Of a stretch of DNA of 32,000 nt, positions 26,622 to 32,000 are shown piece by piece. Origin of the DNA: Nitrosococcus oceani ATCC 19707. Lineage in GTDB: Bacteria > Pseudomonadota > Gammaproteobacteria > Nitrosococcales > Nitrosococcaceae. Both the position numbers and the translations under genes were made by a program. The stretch spans positions 2,010,001 through 2,042,000 of the forward strand of contig NC_007484.1 in NCBI RefSeq assembly GCF_000012805.1, written 5' to 3'. The notes beneath the pieces are model-generated. The model saw nothing but the letters and a program-made list of their open reading frames with translations. It made no database searches and was not told where the DNA came from. Every line of letters begins with the position of its first letter. Positions within the stretch are counted from its first letter, which is position 1.

Positions 26622-29108
26622 CTAAAGTCCTATGGTAAATACATCAACCAGCCGGAACCTAGGACGCTCTTTATCCTTTGGAAAAGATTCAACAGGTTGA
26701 TCAATGCCGATCACATAGCCCGTCAGGGTATTCGAAGTGAGTTTAAAGCGGATGAAATGACGGTAAGCTTCGAGGCGGGCGCCTCCCCCCGCTTCATTAT
26801 TATGGCCATTAAAAGCCAGCGCCACCGCCAAATACCAGCCAAACCAGACGCAGCTCAATATCCCTCCCACCAGAAACGCGGCGGCAAGGCGAATCCACGT
26901 CACTTCCACAGCCTCCCCCCAACCCGCCATCAGCATGGCAGAAACACCTACCAGCAACCAGATAATCAGCAGTTGGCGGCCCAGCTTTTTCTGCTGGAGA
27001 CAATTTTCATTCACCAGGGAATCCCGGGTCATCATCCAAGCAGCCAATAGCGTTGCCAGGAAGGCGCCGCTCACTACCATGAAAATGGTTATCCAAGAAC
27101 TATAGATAACCAACAGCACAGGCACGCTAATTTGTAGTATGGCGTGCCAACACCCCAACGCGGCAAACCATAATTTTCCAGCCCGTTCATGCAGACTACC
27201 CCCCGCAACCACGGCAAAAAGAATGAGGCCACCCAAGGTCAGCATCAAGATTGAAGTCGTCAGGATATCGGAGAACACCACTGATAACGGATACCGGCCG
27301 TAATGCCACAAGCCATAACAGGCGCTTACCGCCGCAAATAGCATCAAAATCCACAACGGCGTGTAATTCCATTTTATTATCCGGTGGGACTTAGCGCGCT
27401 CGAACAACATATTGTCATAGCGGCGGCTAATAACGAGACTAACCAAGGAAGCCAGCAAAAACAGCAACACCAATAAGCTGGCTAGAAAAGGATGGGGATT
27501 GCCACCAGGGCTCCAATAAATAAAAAACACAATAGGTGCAAAAAGCGCTAAATGGAAGCCAATAAATTGATAGTGAGCCCAAATCCAGGCTTTCCGTCCC
27601 CGCTCCATTGCCGCTTCGAAAAAGCTCCTCGTTCGAAGCGCGCTAACACTTAACAAAGCGAGTAATAAAAGAGCATATATCAAATCCCACCCATAATCCT
27701 TGGTAGGATTAACCTGTTCGATGGCCAGGGCCTCTTGGATGCGGCCAAGCAAACTGCTTCCTTCGTTTTGAAGGGGCCTTTGCTCTTCAGGAATCAGTTT
27801 AAAGATTGACCAACTGCTTTCGGGAATGGCCGCCGCAAAGTAGGTCATCAGCGCTATCAGTGCGCCAGCTAGCCAAATATAGCCTCCTTGGAAAATATTC
27901 CAGGGCATCAAAAGGCGTCTGGTCATCAGCTGATGGGATACTTTCCGGGGAGGATAGAGCTGATTCTCCGCCACCTCCTCCACATCAGTGTGGGACGGAT
28001 GGAGAAAGGCGCCGCCGCCGCCCGCAACCACCGAGGCATAGTTGGCGCGCGTATGGGCGGACTTATCGGCGGCACCCTTGCCCCAGTAGCGAGCATAATG
28101 ATGAATGTCTCCCGAGATATCGAGCCGGCATTGGGAGCGGGGCAAATTGCCCGCGTTGGATTTCAGAAAACTAGGCGCTAGATCCAGTTTCTTGAAAGTC
28201 CCAACAATGGCCTCTTCTTCCCTTGCCCATTGCCCAAACTTGGTGGTGGGCTCCGGGGTGGCCACAATCAATTTATCGGGTGCTTTCCGTGCCGTCTTAC
28301 TCTCCGCGGTCGCCTCGGAAACCCCAGGATTACAAAGAGACAAGAAAAAGGCGGCCTGCCGCCGATCGATCTCCCCCGCTTGGGTATCCAATCCCCAGAA
28401 CCACCAGTCATAGGGCAGTTTTAATGCCACATAGCTGGCTTCCTGGATACGCTCGAAACCCTTGAGACTCAGCTGAGGCCCGGCGCCTTCGGTAGCTTGT
28501 GCATGTTCCTGATTAAAGGGCTTGAGAAATTGGCGATTAAATCCATCCAGGGCATCGTAATAATCATGGTTGCCGGGTATTCCATAAATCGGCCGCCGGG
28601 TTTCAGGACGCGTCTCTGGTCCAAAGATATCCTCATAGGCCCAGTTAAAAGGCCGTTGAAATCTCTCCGCAAGGGTCGTGTAATCGGCAATATGATAAGC
28701 GGTATCCCCTCCCACAAACAGGAATTCGCCCCGTGGCAACTTGAAGGTATTTCCCCCGCCACCGATTAAGGAGACTGTTTTGCTTTCTTGATCCCTATCG
28801 GGGGGGGAATTTTCGTTTGGAAGCCAAAGATCGTGCTGGCATAAATAGGCGATATTGTAAGTGGCGCATTGCCCATCGCCAGAGTCGGCTAGATAATCAA
28901 ACCAAAAAGCTTCCTCTTCCGGTGCCTCCCCATGGCGAGAGATAATTTCGGGGCGCATCCAGTCACGGGAGTCAAGCTTGTCCCCAAAGAAGGCGTACAT
29001 CCCAATCCATTTGAGACCCGCAATCAACTGACGTCCAAAAAGCCAAGCCACAGGCCCTTTAAATGTTCGGGCCGATTTTGATCGCGTTAACTTTTGCCTT
29101 TGGAACAT
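26622..29108 (-). CDS. Calcineurin-like metallophosphoesterase fused to a polytopic (~10 TM) membrane domain
   Basis: The full MPE motif set is present: YLADSGDG, FVGGDTAYH, IPGNHDYYD, ISGDIHHYARY and VAGGGGAFLHPSH. From about residue 420 onward there are about 10 hydrophobic helices, followed by a soluble ~70-aa tail (NGHNNEAGGGARLEAYRHFIRFKL...). I prefer ATG 29108 (GGAGG 5 nt upstream) over GTG 29114. Confidence 0.8.
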   Translation of the reverse strand: MFQRQKLTRSKSARTFKGPVAWLFGRQLIAGLKWIGMYAFFGDKLDSRDWMRPEIISRHGEAPEEEAFWFDYLADSGDGQCATYNIAYLCQHDLWLPNENSPPDRDQESKTVSLIGGGGNTFKLPRGEFLFVGGDTAYHIADYTTLAERFQRPFNWAYEDIFGPETRPETRRPIYGIPGNHDYYDALDGFNRQFLKPFNQEHAQATEGAGPQLSLKGFERIQEASYVALKLPYDWWFWGLDTQAGEIDRRQAAFFLSLCNPGVSEATAESKTARKAPDKLIVATPEPTTKFGQWAREEEAIVGTFKKLDLAPSFLKSNAGNLPRSQCRLDISGDIHHYARYWGKGAADKSAHTRANYASVVAGGGGAFLHPSHTDVEEVAENQLYPPRKVSHQLMTRRLLMPWNIFQGGYIWLAGALIALMTYFAAAIPESSWSIFKLIPEEQRPLQNEGSSLLGRIQEALAIEQVNPTKDYGWDLIYALLLLALLSVSALRTRSFFEAAMERGRKAWIWAHYQFIGFHLALFAPIVFFIYWSPGGNPHPFLASLLVLLFLLASLVSLVISRRYDNMLFERAKSHRIIKWNYTPLWILMLFAAVSACYGLWHYGRYPLSVVFSDILTTSILMLTLGGLILFAVVAGGSLHERAGKLWFAALGCWHAILQISVPVLLVIYSSWITIFMVVSGAFLATLLAAWMMTRDSLVNENCLQQKKLGRQLLIIWLLVGVSAMLMAGWGEAVEVTWIRLAAAFLVGGILSCVWFGWYLAVALAFNGHNNEAGGGARLEAYRHFIRFKLTSNTLTGYVIGIDQPVESFPKDKERPRFRLVDVFTIGL
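28800..28807. repeat. G8 (C8 on the coding strand) homopolymer inside the phosphoesterase coding sequence
   Basis: Counted directly. It encodes ..NSPPDRD.. (aat tcc ccc ccc gat) in the N-terminal region of the 26622..29108 gene. Confidence 0.9.
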
Positions 29109-29320
29109 AACCACCTCCCCGCCTTTATGATGAGCAAAGAGTCGTCCTAACGCCTCCTTCTCACTTTCCCATCGAAGAAAAAGAAGGAAGGGTAAATTTT
29201 CTATAGACTAGAATCGGGCTGAATACCAGTTATTCCTTCCGCCACCCGCTCTGCCAACGCAGACAGAGTCGCAACGGGGTTAGCGCCTACGGCGGTAGGC
29301 ACGTTGACATCCTCCCCGCC

Positions 29321-29775
29321 CTAAAGGACGGGGATTCCTCCTGCGAGACGGCGATGCCCCGCCGCGAGAATGTTCATGGCTGCATTCACGTCTCTATCGT
29401 GATGCGCTCCACACTCAGAGCATGACCATTCTCTTATTCCAAGTCCCGCCCTACCTTTCGGACTGCTGTCGCTGATACAGCCACAGCACGAACAAGCTTG
29501 GGTAGTGTACGCTTCGTTGATGTCTATGAACTCGGCTTGCATCGCTTTCGATTTATAATCAAGCTGAGCTTTCAGCATGAACCAGCCTGCATCCAAAACA
29601 GATTTGGCCATTTTGGTTTTAGCAAGGCCGGAACTGCTGAGATTACCCACAACGATAAATGCGTTTTCACGAACCACTTGGGTTGTGAATTTATGAATAG
29701 AATCTAAACGCCTATTTTTGATCTTGGCATGGATAGCCTTTACCCGTTTTTTCTTGTTAGCGCGTTGCGCTTTTC
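29321..29775 (-). pseudogene. tnpB: IS200/IS605-family tnpB remnant, 3' half only
   Basis: My translation extends the tracked 118-aa ORF upstream: [45 protein letters not shown]...AKSVLDAGWFMLKAQLDYKSKA...TTQACSCCGCIS...REWSCSECGAHHDRDVNAAMNI. This covers the zinc finger plus RuvC-III. A stop precedes it, and no N-terminal WED/REC/RuvC-I part is present. Confidence 0.75.
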
Positions 29776-32000
29776 ATCCGATAGTACCTCGGCTTGCTGC
29801 AAAATCAGCTCTACCGCTTCCGGGGCCTTGTCCGGCGGATATTTGTACCGTTGCAACGTTCGGCGCACCAGAATCCGCAATTTTGCCCTGATGCTTTCCC
29901 GCACCTGCCAGTCCACGGTAGTGGACCTGCGCAGCTTGTCAGTGATTTCCACGGCGATTTTCTTCAGCGTCTCATCACCCAACTCCCGCACCGCACTCTC
30001 ATTGTTGGCCAGGGCATCGTAGAAGGCTACTTCATCCGGGTTCAGGCCCAGGGCTTCGTCGCGCTCCAGTTCCGCCTGGAATTGCTTGGCCATGGCGATC
30101 AGCTCTTCTATCACCTGGGCGGTTTCAATGCCCCGGTTGTTGTATTGGCGCAGGGTCTCTTGCAGCCGATCAGCGTATTTCTTCTCCTGCACCACGTTAT
30201 TGCGGGTTTTGGCCTTGATGTTGTCTTTCAGCAGCTTTTCCAGTAGCTCCACGGCGAAATTCTTGTAAGGCATCCGCCGCACGTCTTCGAGGAATTCCTC
30301 CGAGAGCAGGCCGATGTTAGGTTTATCTAATCCGCACAACGCAAACACGTCGGTCACGCCTTCCGCCACCAGGGCATTGTCCAGGATCTGCTTGAGGGCG
30401 GAATTTTTTTCCTCCTGGGTCAATTTCTTGTCCACGCGGGTGTGCTTGGTAAGGGCAGCCTTCACCGCCGATAGGAAAGCGACCTCCTTATGATAGGCCC
30501 GGGCCTCCTCCAGGGTGCCACACAAAGAGTAGGCCATATTCACAGCAAGAATCGTATCGAGGAAACGCTTCTTACCGCCCTCAAGGCTCAATATATAGTT
30601 GGCGGTGGGAATCAGCAATCGGGTCGCCTCATGCTCAAAGCTGCTGTAATCAAAGCCAGCATTTTGGGGTGTCTTGGCAAACAGCCCGTGGATAATGTCC
30701 AGCTTCTCCAGCAGCACGGCAAAGGCTTCTTCCGCGCTGTGGGTCGGCTCGCCCTTGCCCTTGGCGTCGGTATAGGTTTTCAGGGCTTGCTTGAGCGCAT
30801 TGGCGATACCGATATAGTCCACCACCAGCCCGCCGGGCTTGTTCTTGAACACCCGGTTGACGCGGGCAATGGCCTGCATCAGGTTATGGCCTTTCATGGG
30901 CTTGTCCACATACATGGTATGGCAGCAAGGGGCGTCAAAGCCGGTGAGCCACATATCCCGCACAATCACCAGCTTGAGGGGATCATAGATGTCCTTGAAG
31001 CGCTTCTCCAGTCGTTTCTTGGTCTGCTGGTTGTAAAGGTGCGGTTGCAACAAGGGCCTGTCAGAGGCGGAGCCAGTCATCACAATCTTGATGGCCCCTT
31101 TCTCCGGGTCCGGGTCGTGCCAGTCCGGGCGCAGGGCGACAATCTCATTATACAGATGCACGCAAATCTCCCGGCTCATGGCCACGATCATGGCTTTACC
31201 GTCCATGGACTGAGAGCGGATTTCAAAGTGCCGCACCAGATCGGCAGCCACCTGCTTAAGCCGCGGCCCAGACCCCACCAGCTTTTCCAGGCGGCTCCAC
31301 TCGCCCTTGGTTTTTTCCCGCTGGCCGAGGTCTTCCTCATCCTCCACCACTGCTTCCACTTGGTCGGATAATTTCTCAATCAGCTCCCGGTTGATATCCA
31401 ATTTGGCCAGCCGGGATTCGTAATAGATGGGCACGGTAGCCCCATCGTCCACCGCATCCTGAATGTCATAGATGGACACATAATCGCCGAACACGGCGCG
31501 GGTATCCTTATCTTCATTGGCAATGGGGGTACCGGTAAAACCGATAAAGGAGGCATTGGGCAGGGCATCGCGCATGTGCTTGGCGTAGCCGAAGGTGTAG
31601 CGGCCATCCTTCTTCAGGGTGGCCTTAAGGCCGTACTGACTGCGGTGAGCCTCGTCGGAAATCACCACGATATTATGGCGGTCGTTGAGAATGGGATGAT
31701 CGTTCTCCCCATCCAGCAGGGCGAATTTCTGCACCGTGGTGAAGATAATGCCACCGGATGCCCGCTCGGCCAGCAAGCGGCGCAGGGTATCCCGGTCTTC
31801 CGCCTGCACCGGTTCCTGCTTCAGCAGTTCCTTGGCGGCGCTGAAGGTGGCGAAGAGTTGGCCGTCCAGATCGTTGCGGTCGGTGACCACCATCAGGGTC
31901 GGGTTGTTCATCTCGGGCTGTTGCAGCAGCTTGCCCGCGTAGCAGCACATGGAAAGACTCTTGCCGGACCCCTGGGTGTGCCAGACCACGCCGGCCTTTT
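29740..32000 (-). CDS. hsdR: Type I restriction enzyme R subunit; the N-terminal part lies beyond the window
   Basis: The frame is open to base 32000 (..[17 protein letters not shown] = helicase motif I). It has a DEAH box ([11 protein letters not shown]), FIGFTGTP and QAIARVNR, plus a long helical C-terminal domain ending [21 protein letters not shown]. Confidence 0.9.
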   Translation of the reverse strand, partial: KAGVVWHTQGSGKSLSMCCYAGKLLQQPEMNNPTLMVVTDRNDLDGQLFATFSAAKELLKQEPVQAEDRDTLRRLLAERASGGIIFTTVQKFALLDGENDHPILNDRHNIVVISDEAHRSQYGLKATLKKDGRYTFGYAKHMRDALPNASFIGFTGTPIANEDKDTRAVFGDYVSIYDIQDAVDDGATVPIYYESRLAKLDINRELIEKLSDQVEAVVEDEEDLGQREKTKGEWSRLEKLVGSGPRLKQVAADLVRHFEIRSQSMDGKAMIVAMSREICVHLYNEIVALRPDWHDPDPEKGAIKIVMTGSASDRPLLQPHLYNQQTKKRLEKRFKDIYDPLKLVIVRDMWLTGFDAPCCHTMYVDKPMKGHNLMQAIARVNRVFKNKPGGLVVDYIGIANALKQALKTYTDAKGKGEPTHSAEEAFAVLLEKLDIIHGLFAKTPQNAGFDYSSFEHEATRLLIPTANYILSLEGGKKRFLDTILAVNMAYSLCGTLEEARAYHKEVAFLSAVKAALTKHTRVDKKLTQEEKNSALKQILDNALVAEGVTDVFALCGLDKPNIGLLSEEFLEDVRRMPYKNFAVELLEKLLKDNIKAKTRNNVVQEKKYADRLQETLRQYNNRGIETAQVIEELIAMAKQFQAELERDEALGLNPDEVAFYDALANNESAVRELGDETLKKIAVEITDKLRRSTTVDWQVRESIRAKLRILVRRTLQRYKYPPDKAPEAVELILQQAEVLSDEKRNALTRKNG

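Noticed and set aside
29114-29320. The 10-mer CCTCCCCGCC occurs twice (29114-29123 and 29311-29320)
   Set aside because: One copy is the complement of the SD region of the phosphoesterase gene and the other is the tnpB 3' end. No extended similarity surrounds them, so coincidence is likely.
30490-31371. 293-aa plus-strand ORF antisense to hsdR, together with 29794..30246 and other short ORFs
   Set aside because: The reasoning is the same: these are shadow ORFs inside a GC-rich helicase gene whose motifs ([12 protein letters not shown]) clearly define the minus-strand frame.
1-32000. Search for CRISPR arrays, tRNA/rRNA genes, retron-like or other structured ncRNA loci in the larger spacers (10351-10622, 12460-12906, 15882-16075, 18188-18479, 25322-25780, 29109-29320)
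   Set aside because: There are no regularly spaced direct repeats, no cloverleaf-compatible segments and no rRNA-like conserved stretches. The spacers look like AT-rich promoter/terminator regions or IS relics.

Overview
This is a bacterial, proteobacterial-looking chromosomal window in which almost every gene is on the minus strand. The left ~9.3 kb looks GC-rich by eye and holds transport and housekeeping genes: a partial ABC-2 permease, a CDF transporter, mgtE, an eRF1-like hypothetical and aconitase acnA. Several decayed genes sit among them: an SDR C-terminal remnant, a toxin-antitoxin remnant, and a YjdF-like membrane gene with an in-frame TAG. purU follows. After it comes a visibly more AT-rich ~20 kb stretch of accessory character with these contents. 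(1) Four CCP/MauG-like dihaem c-type cytochrome paralogues: one lipoprotein with a small secreted partner, two tandem paralogues with an N-terminal anchor, and one 723-aa RoxA-sized lipoprotein. (2) An OYE-family flavoprotein with a 4Fe-4S Cys motif but no reductase domain. (3) A 55-aa single-TM ORF absent from the ORF track. (4) A Tat-exported GMC oxidoreductase carrying a 114-bp in-frame tandem duplication. (5) A patatin-like phospholipase with an inserted polytopic TM block. (6) A short IS630-family element whose transposase needs recoding at an A8 run. (7) A two-gene module, a metallophosphoesterase fused to about 10 TM helices plus a DUF900-like alpha/beta hydrolase. That module lies beside an IS605-family tnpB remnant and the 3' part of a type I restriction hsdR that runs off the window. 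I saw no rRNA, tRNA or CRISPR array. The best candidates for an undescribed system are the dihaem/OYE/GMC redox cluster (16.1-25.3 kb) and the phosphoesterase-membrane/hydrolase pair (25.8-29.1 kb). Both functional interpretations are inference.
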